Shown here: positions 41,037 to 50,937 of the stretch, in pieces
How the letters are laid out: the number at the start of each line of letters is the position of its first letter
Position numbering within the stretch: position 1 is the first letter of the stretch
Assembly (NCBI GenBank): GCA_965279525.1
Contig: CBDIIB010000004.1
Span: forward strand, 768,001-832,000
Length of the DNA: 64,000 nucleotides
Direction of reading: 5' to 3'
Origin: Tagaea sp.
GTDB taxonomy: Bacteria > Pseudomonadota > Alphaproteobacteria > CACIAM-22H2
Made by a program: the position numbers and the translations under genes
The notes under the pieces: generated by a model
Database searches by the model: none
Told to the model about the DNA's origin: nothing
What the model saw: only the letters and a program-made list of their open reading frames with translations

Positions 41037-41705
41037 CTAGCCCGCGAACGCCGCGAGTGCCGCGGCATCCCCCTTCACGAGAAGCGGGACCGCCGCGGCG
41101 ACGCGCGCCGCCGGCCAATCCCACCAAGCGATCTCGAGCAGCTTTTCGATCACCGGTGCCGGGAACCGCATCTTGACGACACGCGCCGGATTGCCGGCAG
41201 CCATCGCGTAGGCCGGGACATCGCGCGTGACGACCGCGCAGGCGGCAATGATGGCTCCCGAGCCGATCGTCACGCCGGGCATGATCGTGCTCTTGAAGCC
41301 GCACCAGACATCGTTGCCGACCTTGATGCTGCCCTTGTTGATCGCTGGATAGTCGCGCGCCGACATATTCTCCGCCCATTCGCCGCCAAAAACCGGAAAC
41401 GGGTATGTCGATGGCCCCGCGACGGCATGATTGGCGTCCGACATGATGAACGTCGTGTCGTGCGCGAACGCGCAATATTTGCCGATATCGAGCCGAGCAC
41501 CAGAGAAGCCAAAATCGTAGCGGACGTTCCGGATGAAAAACCGCGTCGGATCGTCGAAGTCGGAATAGTAGCTGTACGCACCCGCCGTCAGATGCGGTCT
41601 CGGCGGATGGATCTCGTCGAGCAGTGGTTTCAGGAAGACCGTGTGCCGGGCGCCGGCACCGAATGGAAAAAGGGAGTTCGGATCGATCGAGGCCGGGTGG
41701 GTCAT
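41037..41705 (-). CDS. CatB/Vat-related xenobiotic O-acetyltransferase (hexapeptide repeat)
   Basis: GAYSYY, LDIGKYCAFA, ANH, STYPF, VGNDVWCG, IMPGVTIGSGAII, GNPAR, IAWWDW. Confidence 0.88.
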   Translation of the reverse strand: MTHPASIDPNSLFPFGAGARHTVFLKPLLDEIHPPRPHLTAGAYSYYSDFDDPTRFFIRNVRYDFGFSGARLDIGKYCAFAHDTTFIMSDANHAVAGPSTYPFPVFGGEWAENMSARDYPAINKGSIKVGNDVWCGFKSTIMPGVTIGSGAIIAACAVVTRDVPAYAMAAGNPARVVKMRFPAPVIEKLLEIAWWDWPAARVAAAVPLLVKGDAAALAAFAG

Positions 41706-41707
41706 CG

Positions 41708-43600
41708 CTAGATCTCCACTTGGGTTCCCAATTCGACGACGCGGTTGGACGGGATGCGGAAGAACGCGGTGGCGCTGTAGGAACTGCGCGACAGGGCGAT
41801 GAACAGCTTTTCGCGCCAGCGGGGCATCAGCGGCTTGCTCTTCATCACCAGGTTCTCGCGGCCGAAGAAGAACGACGTGTCCATCATGTCGAACTTCAGG
41901 CCCAGCGGCTGCGCCAGACGCAGCACGCGCGGGATGTTCGGCCCTTCCATGAAGCCGTAGCGCAGGGTCACCCGCCAGAAATTCTTTTCGAGCGCCAGGA
42001 CCTGCATGCGGTCCTTTTCGGCGACCTGCGGTATCTGCTCGAACACCACCGTCAGCAGCACGACGCGCTCGTGGAGCACCTTGTTGTGCTTCATGTTGTG
42101 AAGCAGGGCGTACGGCACGCCGTCGGTCGTCCCCGTCATGAACACGGCCGTGCCGGCCACCCGGGGCGGATTGCCGTCGCGCAGCCGCGCGATGAACGGT
42201 TCGAGCGGCACGGTGCTCTCGTGCAGCCGCTCGACGAGGATCCGCCGGCCGCGCTTCCACGTCGTGAAGATCGAATAGAGCCCGGCCCCGGCGACAAGCG
42301 GCAGCCAGCCGCCGTCGGCGAACTTGACCAGGTTGGCCAGGAAGAACGAGAGATCGACGATGAGCAGCAGGACGGTGACTGTCAGTGCCAGCAGGCGCGA
42401 CCAGCCCCAGACGTGACGCGCTACGACGTAGGCGATCAGCGTGGCGACGCACATCTCGCCGGATACCGACAGGCCATAGGCGGACGCGAGGTTCGTCGAC
42501 GACTGGAACCCGATCACCAGCGCCAGCACGCAGACGCACAGGATCCAGTTCACGCGGGGGATGTAGATCTGCCCGATCTCGGTTTCCGACGTGTGGCGGA
42601 TCTCCATGCGGGGCAGGTAACCGAGCTGGATCGCCTGGCGCGACAGCGAAAACGCACCGGTTATGACCGCTTGGGAGGCGATGACGGTGGCCGCCGTTGC
42701 GAGGATGACGATCGGATACAGCAGCACTTCCGGGATCATCAGGAAGAACGGATTCGCCGCCGCTTCGGGCTGGCGCATCAGCAATGCACCCTGGCCGAAA
42801 TAGTTGAGGACCAGAGCCGGTTGCACGAACGTCACCCAGGCAAGCCGGATCGGACGCTTCCCGAAATGACCGATATCGGCGTAGAGCGCTTCGGCACCGG
42901 TCAGCGCAAGGAATACGGCTCCCATCACGAGGAAGCCGCGCCAGCCGTCGGTCCACAGGAAATGGAGGCCGTAATAGGGATTGATCGCGGCAAGAACCGC
43001 CGGGGTCTGGGCGATCGAGACGACGCCCAGTGTGGCCAGCACCGCGAACCAGACAATCGTCACAGGGCCGAAGAAGGCGCCGACACGCGCGGTACCGCGA
43101 CGCTGGATCATGAACAGCAGGACAAGAATCACGCACGCGATCGGCACGACGTAGCGCTCGAACTCCGGCGTGGCGACTTTCAGGCCCTCGACGGCGGAAA
43201 GCACCGAAATGGCCGGCGTGATGATCGCGTCTCCGAAAAACAGCGCCGCACCGAACAGGCCGGCCGCCACGATCGGCACGCCACGATGCACGCCGGCGGG
43301 AGCGGCCTTCATCGCAAGCGCCATCAGCGCGAACATGCCGCCCTCGCCGCGATTGTCGGCACGCAGGATGTAAGTAACGTACTTGAGCGTGACGACGATG
43401 ACCTGCGTCCATACGATCAGCGACAGCACGCCCAGGACATGCGGCAACGTCGGGTCCATCGGATGGGGACCGGTGAACGCCTCGCGCATCGTATAGAGCG
43501 GCGATGTCCCGATATCTCCGAAGACAACGCCGATAGCGCCTACCGCAAGAGCCATCAGGCGCTTGTCGGTGCCGGCCGCGTCCGTCGTACTGCTAGTCAT
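41708..43600 (-). CDS. kup: KUP/HAK/KT potassium transporter
   Basis: GVVFGDIGTSPLY, DNRGEGG, ITPAISVLSAVEG, GAEALYAD.GHFG, VVELGTQVEI. Confidence 0.96.
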   Translation of the reverse strand: MTSSTTDAAGTDKRLMALAVGAIGVVFGDIGTSPLYTMREAFTGPHPMDPTLPHVLGVLSLIVWTQVIVVTLKYVTYILRADNRGEGGMFALMALAMKAAPAGVHRGVPIVAAGLFGAALFFGDAIITPAISVLSAVEGLKVATPEFERYVVPIACVILVLLFMIQRRGTARVGAFFGPVTIVWFAVLATLGVVSIAQTPAVLAAINPYYGLHFLWTDGWRGFLVMGAVFLALTGAEALYADIGHFGKRPIRLAWVTFVQPALVLNYFGQGALLMRQPEAAANPFFLMIPEVLLYPIVILATAATVIASQAVITGAFSLSRQAIQLGYLPRMEIRHTSETEIGQIYIPRVNWILCVCVLALVIGFQSSTNLASAYGLSVSGEMCVATLIAYVVARHVWGWSRLLALTVTVLLLIVDLSFFLANLVKFADGGWLPLVAGAGLYSIFTTWKRGRRILVERLHESTVPLEPFIARLRDGNPPRVAGTAVFMTGTTDGVPYALLHNMKHNKVLHERVVLLTVVFEQIPQVAEKDRMQVLALEKNFWRVTLRYGFMEGPNIPRVLRLAQPLGLKFDMMDTSFFFGRENLVMKSKPLMPRWREKLFIALSRSSYSATAFFRIPSNRVVELGTQVEI

Positions 43601-43744
43601 TTTATCGGCTGGCCCCCTCGTTCCGGCCGGACATTGCCCCAATTCGAGTTCCCGGCGCCAGCACGAGTTCTTTTGCACGACAGGTGGCGTGGCTACTCCC
43701 TATATATAAGTCATGTACGAGAACATCGATTCCCGCGGGCCAAG

Positions 43745-44386
43745 ATGACGCACCCCGGTTCCGAGCCCGCGATCAACCTGCCGCCGTTCACGCTTGCATT
43801 GATCGCCGTGAATGTCGCTGTCTTCGCGGCCATCCGACTGCTCCAGGGCGATGCAGGCTGGCTGGCGATCGACTCGTTCGGCTTCATCCCGCAGCGCTAC
43901 AGCGGCGGCATGCCGGCAGGTGCGGAAGCGCTCTATACGCCGATCACCTATCAGTTCCTGCATGGCGACTGGGTACATCTCGCCGTCAACATGGTCAGCC
44001 TTGCCGCCTTCGGTGCCGGCGTGGAGCGGCGCGTGGGCGGTGGCACGATGCTTTCCGTCTACCTTCTGTGCGGCATGCTTGCCGCCGCCGCCCACTTCGC
44101 GATCTATCCCGTCAGCCCGGATCCGGTGATCGGTGCTTCGGGCGCGATCTCGGGCCTGATGGGTGGCGTGCTGCGCCTGATGGGCCGGCCCCGTGGCGGT
44201 GCAGCCGGCGGCATGATCGGCCTTGCCGTCGTCTGGGCCGTGTCCATGATCGCGTTCGGCATCGTCGGGACGCCGGGCGACGGCGGCACCCAGATCGCGT
44301 GGGTTGCGCATGTCGGTGGCTTCGTCGCCGGTCTGCTCCTGTTCCGCTTCTTCATCCACAACGGATCGACCGATGACCAGACTTGA
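43745..44386 (+). CDS. Rhomboid intramembrane serine protease
   Basis: FLHGDWVHLAVNM, GASGAISG, AHVGG. Confidence 0.9.
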   Translation: MTHPGSEPAINLPPFTLALIAVNVAVFAAIRLLQGDAGWLAIDSFGFIPQRYSGGMPAGAEALYTPITYQFLHGDWVHLAVNMVSLAAFGAGVERRVGGGTMLSVYLLCGMLAAAAHFAIYPVSPDPVIGASGAISGLMGGVLRLMGRPRGGAAGGMIGLAVVWAVSMIAFGIVGTPGDGGTQIAWVAHVGGFVAGLLLFRFFIHNGSTDDQT

Positions 44387-45401
44387 AACCCTGCGGCGCG
44401 CGATGCTGCCGCTCGACGGCACGATCGCGGACTGGGTCCCGGAAATCATGGATGCCTACGCGCGGATCGTGCCGATGCGCGAATGGCCCAAACTCACCAT
44501 GGTCGATTTCACGGCCGGCTCATGCCTGATGCCGTCGCTGTTCGCCGCCTTTGGCGTGCGGCGGCTGGTGGTCAACGATTTCGCACCGCGCTCGCATCTG
44601 GCGGCACGCTTCCTGTTCGGGCGGCGCAAGATCGACGGCGATCGCGTATCGGCGCTGCTGGCGTCAAAGCGACCGAAGCTGCGCGCACACGTGCCGACTT
44701 TCCATTTCGCGTGCGACTATCTGGTCGAGCCGGCATGCGACGTGTTCGACCGCCTCTATCACGCCGATGTCCCGGCCGCCGAGCGCACGGGGCTGCAATA
44801 CCTTGCCGTGCGCTGGGCGCTTGGCTTCGCCAAGTCGGTCGAGGACGGATTCGAGATCCTCTATTCGCACGACCATGCCCGCCTCGCCCGCCAGCGCGAT
44901 GTCGACTGGAAGGCCTATCTCGCGCGCGCACGCCGCCCCGCACCGGTGCTTGGCCAGCTCGTGCGCGAACTCAATTCGGCGATCGACGCGGTCGGCCCTG
45001 TCCGCGCCCGTCTCCACTGCGCGGACATGAAGGACGTCGCGAAAGGGCTGAGGCTTTCGACGCCGGTCTTCGCGGCCGTCAATCCGCCGACGCGCGGACT
45101 CGACGAGTACACGATCGACGACCAACTCGTTCATTCGCTGATGGCGAACCGCTGGCTGCCGCTGTCGCAGACGCCCGAGACGCCGCTTGCGTTCTGGACG
45201 CGGCGTGTCGATGCGGGCCTGCGCCATCTGCCGCAAGGCGCCCACTACATGGTCTGGGGCGGCGACGGCTCGATGCGGTGGAGCGAGTGCCTGCGCATCT
45301 GGTCCCTCTATGGCGCGCCGCTGCACCTGTCGCGGCTCGGCGCGGACGCCGAATCGCCCGGCTGGGGAATTTTCAAAACACACACGAAGCGGGTGAAATA
45401 G
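44373..45401 (+). CDS. Hypothetical protein resembling alpha-class (Dam/D12-type) adenine methyltransferases, with variant motif IV
   Basis: MVDFTAGS (motif I-like), LVVND (motif II-like), LHCAD (motif III-like), AAVNPPT (motif IV-like). Confidence 0.5.
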   Translation: MTRLETLRRAMLPLDGTIADWVPEIMDAYARIVPMREWPKLTMVDFTAGSCLMPSLFAAFGVRRLVVNDFAPRSHLAARFLFGRRKIDGDRVSALLASKRPKLRAHVPTFHFACDYLVEPACDVFDRLYHADVPAAERTGLQYLAVRWALGFAKSVEDGFEILYSHDHARLARQRDVDWKAYLARARRPAPVLGQLVRELNSAIDAVGPVRARLHCADMKDVAKGLRLSTPVFAAVNPPTRGLDEYTIDDQLVHSLMANRWLPLSQTPETPLAFWTRRVDAGLRHLPQGAHYMVWGGDGSMRWSECLRIWSLYGAPLHLSRLGADAESPGWGIFKTHTKRVK

Positions 45402-45433
45402 ATCGCTTTTTTCCGGATTTCATCGAGCACCCT

Positions 45434-45462
45434 CTTGCAGAATGCAAATCGCCATCTATGTT
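45434..45462 (+). promoter_or_regulatory. Putative housekeeping-sigma promoter
   Basis: CTTGCA...CTATGT, resembling the alphaproteobacterial CTTGAC...CTATAT consensus. Confidence 0.45.
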
Positions 45463-45468
45463 GAAGTC

Positions 45469-45580
45469 ACTTGGCCGAGCTCACCGCTCGCCAACGATGA
45501 TCCTGCCCCTAGCCCCCCTCGGGGCGGATCGTTCAAGGCCCCGGCGCCTGCCCCCCCTCGCGCCGGGGCCGTTTGAACCC
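45469..45580 (+). ncRNA. Candidate three-hairpin small RNA or structured leader with C-rich loops
   Basis: Hairpins at 45471-45494, 45499-45530 (loop TAGCCCCCCTC) and 45531-45578 (loop CTGCCCCCCCTC), just downstream of a promoter-like sequence. Confidence 0.4.
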
Positions 45581-45627
45581 CCGACCGGAAGCTTGGCGCG
45601 CGAACGGCGCATCCTTATTGTTCGGGC

Positions 45628-46521
45628 ATGAAACTTCCCACGCATGACCGCTACGACTATTCGCCGATCCGCGGCCGGCCGACCTATGACTGGCCGAACG
45701 GGACGCGCCTGGCCGTCTATCTCGGCCTCAATCTCGAACATTTCGCGTTCGGCGAGGGGCTCGGTGCCGAACTGGCGCCCGGCGGGCCGGCGCCCGACGT
45801 GCTCAACTACGCATGGCGCGACTACGGCAACCGCGTGGGTGCGTGGCGGATGCTCGAGCTGTTCGACGAGCTGTCGCTGCCGAGTTCCGTGCTCGCCAAT
45901 TCGAGCATGTACGGGTATGCGCCATCGCTGCTCGAGGCGTTCCGAAAGCGCGGCGACGAGATCGTCGGCCACGGCCGCACGAATGCCGAGCGCCAGGGCA
46001 CGCTGGCCGAGAGCGAGGAAGCGGCCCTGATCGCCGAGGCGACGGCCGTGATCAAGCTCCACGAAGGCAAGCCGCCCAAGGGCTGGCTCGGGCCGTGGAT
46101 CAGCCAGAGCCGCGTCACACCCGACCTGCTGCAGGAAGCCGGGTACCGCTATCTCCTCGACTGGTGCATGGACGACCAGCCGGTGTGGATGCGCACGCGC
46201 AAGGGCCGCATCCTGGCGCTTCCGTATCCGCAGGAGCTCAACGACATCCCGATGATCGTCGGTCGAAAGATCGGCGGCGATGCATTCGCCGACATGATCG
46301 TGGACAATTTCGACGAGATGCTCGCCCAGTCGAAGGCGCAGCCGCTGGTGATGGGGATCGCACTCCATCCCTACCTCGTCGGCCAGCCCTATCGTCTGCG
46401 CCACCTGCGCCGGGCGCTGTCGCATATCCGCAATCATCGCGCGGGGATCTGGTTCGCGACGGCCGGCGCCATCGCCGACCACGCGATCTCGCTGCCGCCG
46501 GGGATCGTGCCGGGCGGCTGA
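45628..46521 (+). CDS. Polysaccharide deacetylase family (PuuE-like, CE4) hydrolase
   Basis: WPNGTRLAVY, YGNRVG.WR, EIVGHG, GWLGPW, MDDQP, ELND, ALHPY.VGQP. Confidence 0.88.
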   Translation: MKLPTHDRYDYSPIRGRPTYDWPNGTRLAVYLGLNLEHFAFGEGLGAELAPGGPAPDVLNYAWRDYGNRVGAWRMLELFDELSLPSSVLANSSMYGYAPSLLEAFRKRGDEIVGHGRTNAERQGTLAESEEAALIAEATAVIKLHEGKPPKGWLGPWISQSRVTPDLLQEAGYRYLLDWCMDDQPVWMRTRKGRILALPYPQELNDIPMIVGRKIGGDAFADMIVDNFDEMLAQSKAQPLVMGIALHPYLVGQPYRLRHLRRALSHIRNHRAGIWFATAGAIADHAISLPPGIVPGG

Positions 46522-46673
46522 CCACGTCTTGGGCAGGATTCGCTATTTGCAAATTCCGGTTCGGGATATCCGGCACTCGTGTCGCGATGGCGCTTGAACA
46601 AATTAGCCAACGGTGTAAATCGGTTATCCGCCATTCCGGAAAATAGCCCCGCTCGCCAGAGTCCCGATCCCGC

Positions 46674-48671
46674 GTGACCGATACCATCGCGACCACGTCC
46701 CGGCCGACGCCCGAATTCACGCTGCCGTTCGGGCCCGAGCATCAGATCCGGCTCGACCAGCCGCTGGTCGAGTTTTCGCGCGCGTGGGCGCCGTGCTTCG
46801 TCACCAAGCATGTCGAGCATCCGGACATCCCGCTGATGGCGTATATCTGCGCGCCGAACCCCGGCGTGCGGATCGAGACGGCCAAGCGCACGCGCCAGAT
46901 CGAGCGCAGCGGCCTGCTCAAGCTCTTCCACCACGGCACGCTGACGCTGCCGGGCAAGCCCGACCATTACGGCTTCGTCTACGAGCGTCCGATCGCGCCC
47001 GCCCCGCCGCGGCGCATGTGGGGCAGCTACAACGCCAAGCTGCTGACGACGAACCTGATCCGCCCCGCACTCGCGGCACTTTCCGATCTCTACGAAGTCG
47101 GACACGCGCATGGCGGCATCCGGCCGGACAACCTCTTCTCGATGGACAGCAAGCAGACGCTGTTCGTGCTCGGGCCGCCCACGCTGTGCCCGGCCGGCTA
47201 CGACCAGCCCGCGGTGTTCGAGACGTGCGAGCGCGCACTTGCCAAGCGCGAGGCCAAGGGCCAGCCGGGCCCGGCCGACGATCTCTTCGCGCTCGGCCTC
47301 ACGATCTACTGCCTCGCCTCGGGCAAGATGCCGGGCGAAGGCTTCGACGACAAGGACGTGATGCAGCGCCGCCTGCGCTACTCGTCGCAGGCCGCCCTGC
47401 TCGACACCGCCCAGCTCCCGCGCGACCTCTACGATCTCGTGATGGGCCTGACCGACGACGACGTGCGCCAGCGCTGGGACATGCAGAAGGTCAACGAGTG
47501 GGCCGCCGGCCGCAAGCCCGAAGCGCCGCCGCGCGCCAATCTGGGCAGGCGGCGCTTCACGATCCGCGTCGGCAGCGTGGAATGCGACAATCCGCGCGAA
47601 GTCGCCAACGCGATGTACCTGAACCAGCCCGAAGGCATCCGGATGGTGAAGGAAGGTGCCGTCGACAAGTGGCTCGTCGAGAACGCGCTGGTCGGCGAGC
47701 ACGGCGCCGCGAACGTCATGAAGGCCGGCGAAGGCGACGACGACATCGTCGACGCGCAGAACCTTGCGCGCGCCATCGTGCGCTGCGATCCGGCGGGGCC
47801 GATCCGCTACAAGTCGCTGTCGTTCTATCCGGCGGGTGCGGGCACGCTTCTCCAGCAGGTCGTCAACGATCCCGCGCGCCGGCAGGAGTTCGTCGAGCTG
47901 CTTCAGGGCAAGCTCGTCTCGTACTGGATGAAGTCGGCGGGCGACCACGGCCTCGTCGACATGCCCGCCAAGCGGCTGCAGGAGACCGAGAAGAACTTCG
48001 AGCGGTACGGCGACAATCTCGAGGCCGCACTCTACAAGCTCAACCCCGACGCGCCCTGCCTTTCGCCCGCCGTCGGCGGCAAGTGGACGGCCACCCACAC
48101 CGACCTTGCCGAGCCGATGGAGCGCGCCTGCGCCAACGAGGTGGCCCCGGCACTCGACCGCCACATGGTCGGCTTCTTCGGCGCGCGCGCCGAGATCTCC
48201 GACCGGGCACTCGGCCACTGGTACAAGCTGAGCGAGCCCAACAAGACGGCGGCCCCTTCGGTGCTGCGCGTCGCCGGCCGCTTCCAGCAGGACTGCCAGG
48301 GCAAGCAGTTCCCCAATCTCGCCAAGGTCTGCCTGCGCATGGCCGACAAGGTCATCGAGGACATCCACCACCCGCAGACGCGCAAGAAGCTGCGCGACCA
48401 GATCGTGCAGAAGGCGAGCACCGGTGCGGTGTCGGACATGTTCGACATCGTCATGGACGAGGAAGTGCGCGCCGCCGACGAGCGCGCCTTCAAGGAAGCC
48501 AAGGAAGAGTTCGACCGCCTCGACGCGATGCTCGCCGACCGCGAAGGCCTGCTGATGCGCGCGCGCCGCATGGGCCGCGACCGCGGCATGGAAGCGGCCT
48601 ACGGCCTGCTGTCGCTCGCGTGCATGGGCGGACTGATCGTGATGATGTTCATCGAACTGGGTTCGCGATGA
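46674..48671 (+). CDS. Protein-kinase-fold protein (probable pseudokinase) with C-terminal TM anchor
   Basis: [10 protein letters not shown] catalytic-loop-like motif, [11 protein letters not shown] (subdomain IX), LTDDD.RQRW (XI); C-terminal hydrophobic helix. Confidence 0.72.
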   Translation: MTDTIATTSRPTPEFTLPFGPEHQIRLDQPLVEFSRAWAPCFVTKHVEHPDIPLMAYICAPNPGVRIETAKRTRQIERSGLLKLFHHGTLTLPGKPDHYGFVYERPIAPAPPRRMWGSYNAKLLTTNLIRPALAALSDLYEVGHAHGGIRPDNLFSMDSKQTLFVLGPPTLCPAGYDQPAVFETCERALAKREAKGQPGPADDLFALGLTIYCLASGKMPGEGFDDKDVMQRRLRYSSQAALLDTAQLPRDLYDLVMGLTDDDVRQRWDMQKVNEWAAGRKPEAPPRANLGRRRFTIRVGSVECDNPREVANAMYLNQPEGIRMVKEGAVDKWLVENALVGEHGAANVMKAGEGDDDIVDAQNLARAIVRCDPAGPIRYKSLSFYPAGAGTLLQQVVNDPARRQEFVELLQGKLVSYWMKSAGDHGLVDMPAKRLQETEKNFERYGDNLEAALYKLNPDAPCLSPAVGGKWTATHTDLAEPMERACANEVAPALDRHMVGFFGARAEISDRALGHWYKLSEPNKTAAPSVLRVAGRFQQDCQGKQFPNLAKVCLRMADKVIEDIHHPQTRKKLRDQIVQKASTGAVSDMFDIVMDEEVRAADERAFKEAKEEFDRLDAMLADREGLLMRARRMGRDRGMEAAYGLLSLACMGGLIVMMFIELGSR

Positions 48672-49237
48672 GTGCGGCCCGCTCGCCCCTGTCGCGCCGC
48701 CTGCTGATCGGCGCGCTGATCCTGCTGATCGCCGCGATCGCCGGCATGCTGGTGGTCGCGATCCTGCTCGTCCACCCGTCGCTGCTGATCTTCGTGGGCG
48801 GAGCGCTGGTGCCGGCGGCGATGCCGTTCATGATGCGCCATCCCCAGCGCATGTTCCTTGCGTGGGCATCGGGTACCGTCACGGTCGCGGCCATCGCCCC
48901 CATCGTGACGGGCGGCCTGTTCGACCCGACGCGCGCGGTCCACACCGAGATGCGCTCGTGGGCGATCGCCCTGGGTGCGGCGTTCTTCGGCTACGGGGTG
49001 GCGCTCGTGTGCCCGTGGCTGGGCGAGCGCGTGGCCGTCGCGCGCCACAAGCTGTCGGAAATCAAGTTCGACCGCCGGCGCGCGGAACTTGTCGAGATCT
49101 GGACCGAACAGCGCCTGCGCAAGCCCGCGAGTGCCCGCGCCGTCGTCGGCAAGGACTTCGTCTCGGAGGAAGAGGGTGCCGTCGCCCCCGCCGCCGACGC
49201 CCCGCCGGCCGCCCCGGAAACCCCCGCCGCGGCCTGA
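48668..49237 (+). CDS. Hypothetical multi-TM membrane protein coupled to the kinase-like gene
   Basis: ATGA overlap with the upstream stop; about 4 hydrophobic segments; RRAELVEIW tail. Confidence 0.75.
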   Translation: MSAARSPLSRRLLIGALILLIAAIAGMLVVAILLVHPSLLIFVGGALVPAAMPFMMRHPQRMFLAWASGTVTVAAIAPIVTGGLFDPTRAVHTEMRSWAIALGAAFFGYGVALVCPWLGERVAVARHKLSEIKFDRRRAELVEIWTEQRLRKPASARAVVGKDFVSEEEGAVAPAADAPPAAPETPAAA

Positions 49238-49287
49238 TTTCCGCCGGACTGGCGCTCGCCGGGACTTGCGCTTATACAGGCGCAATC

Positions 49288-50667
49288 ATGTCCAAAACCA
49301 TCGCGAAGACCGCCCCGAAATCCGCGCCGAAGGCCGGCCCGAAGACAGGCCCGAAAACCGGCCCGAAGATCGGCATCGTCAGCCTCGGCTGCCCGAAGGC
49401 GCTGGTCGATTCCGAGCGCATCCTCACCAAGCTGCGCGCCGAGGGCTACGAGATCGCCCCCACCTACGAAGGGGCCGACGCGGTCATCGTCAACACCTGC
49501 GGCTTCCTCGACAGCGCCCGCCAGGAATCGCTCGAGGCGATCGGCGAAGCGCTCGCCGAGAACGGCAAGGTCATCGTCACCGGCTGCCTCGGCGCCGAAA
49601 GCGACCTCATCCGCAAGACGCACCCCAAGGTATTGTCCATCACCGGGCCGCAGCAGTACGAGGCGGTGGTAAAGGCTGTTCACGATGCCGTGCCGCCGCG
49701 CCACGACCCGTTCGTCGACCTGGTGCCCGCCCAGGGCATCAAGCTGACGCCGCGCCACTACGCCTATCTGAAGATCTCGGAAGGCTGCAATCACTCGTGC
49801 AGCTTCTGCATCATCCCGTCGATGCGCGGCAAGCTCGTGAGCCGGCCCGCGGGCGACGTGATGGTCGAGGCCGAGCGCCTCGCCCTTGCCGGCGTGCGCG
49901 AACTCCTGGTCATCAGCCAGGACACGTCGGCCTACGGCGTCGATATCCGCCACGCCGAAAGCCCGTGGCGCAAGCGCAAGGTGCGCGCGCACATGACCGA
50001 CCTTGCCGCCGCACTTGGCGAGCTCGGCGTGTGGGTGCGCCTGCACTATGTCTATCCCTACCCGCACGTGGATCAGGTGATCCCGCTGATGGCGGCGGGC
50101 AAGATCCTTCCCTATCTCGACATCCCGTTCCAGCACGCCTCGCCCGAAGTGCTGAAGGCGATGCGCCGCCCCGCCGACCAGGACCGCGTTCTCGAACGCA
50201 TCCAGTCGTGGCGCCGCCAAGTGCCCGACATGACGGTGCGCTCGACCTTCATCGTAGGATTCCCCGGCGAGACCGACGAGGATTTCGAGCTGCTGATCGA
50301 CTGGCTGGAAGAAGCCGAGCTCGACCGCGTGGGCTGCTTCAAGTACGAGCCGGTCAAGGGTGCGGCCGCCAACGACCTGCCCGGTGCCGTTCCCGAAGAC
50401 GTGAAGGAAGAACGCTGGCACCGCTTCATGGCCGCCCAGCAGGTCATCAGCGCCAAGCGGCTCAAGAAGAAGGTCGGCACGACGATCGACGTGCTGATCG
50501 ACGAGGCCGGCCCCAAGGGCGCCATCGGCCGCTCGAAGGCCGACGCCCCCGAGATCGACGGGCTGGTGCAGGTGAAGTCCGCCAAGCCCCTGACCGTGGG
50601 CGAGATCGTCAAGGTGAAGATCACCAACGCCGACGAATACGACCTCAGCGGCCGTCACGTTCCGTAA
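49288..50667 (+). CDS. rimO: Ribosomal protein S12 methylthiotransferase
   Basis: [37 protein letters not shown]-terminal TRAM domain (DAPEIDG). Confidence 0.96.
   Translation: MSKTIAKTAPKSAPKAGPKTGPKTGPKIGIVSLGCPKALVDSERILTKLRAEGYEIAPTYEGADAVIVNTCGFLDSARQESLEAIGEALAENGKVIVTGCLGAESDLIRKTHPKVLSITGPQQYEAVVKAVHDAVPPRHDPFVDLVPAQGIKLTPRHYAYLKISEGCNHSCSFCIIPSMRGKLVSRPAGDVMVEAERLALAGVRELLVISQDTSAYGVDIRHAESPWRKRKVRAHMTDLAAALGELGVWVRLHYVYPYPHVDQVIPLMAAGKILPYLDIPFQHASPEVLKAMRRPADQDRVLERIQSWRRQVPDMTVRSTFIVGFPGETDEDFELLIDWLEEAELDRVGCFKYEPVKGAAANDLPGAVPEDVKEERWHRFMAAQQVISAKRLKKKVGTTIDVLIDEAGPKGAIGRSKADAPEIDGLVQVKSAKPLTVGEIVKVKITNADEYDLSGRHVP
49315..49374 (+). repeat. Five imperfect 12-nt tandem repeats encoding (PKxG/A)n at the RimO N-terminus
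   Basis: CCGAAATCCGCG CCGAAGGCCGGC CCGAAGACAGGC CCGAAAACCGGC CCGAAGATCGGC. Confidence 0.75.
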
Positions 50668-50699
50668 ACCGCAACGGGCTGCAACGGTAACGTATTTAT

Positions 50700-50930
50700 C
50701 CCTTTGAAGTTGCAGCGATGTTACTGCAACGGGGATTCGCGTTACGTAACACGGCCGCAAATCATCAGGTTACGACAGGCGACGGTAACCTGTTTAAGCC
50801 ATTGATCCCGCACGCTTGTAACCAGTCCCGCGCTTTTCGAGGCGACGGGACTACAACCACATATTCACCTGTCAAACAGCACACCTTCCGGCTGTTGTGA
50901 ATATATATGACTCTTGAAGATTGTCAAGAA
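50700..50930. other. AT-richer intergenic segment packed with inverted repeats
   Basis: Stems at 50709-50730, 50741-50750 (GTTACGTAAC), 50766-50792, 50824-50852, 50861-50904 and 50912-50929. Confidence 0.6.
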
Positions 50931-50937
50931 AATCGGC

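Noticed and set aside
41624-43744. Apparent 920-aa rhomboid fusion
   Set aside because: The upstream part is the antisense shadow of kup; the rhomboid starts at about 43745.
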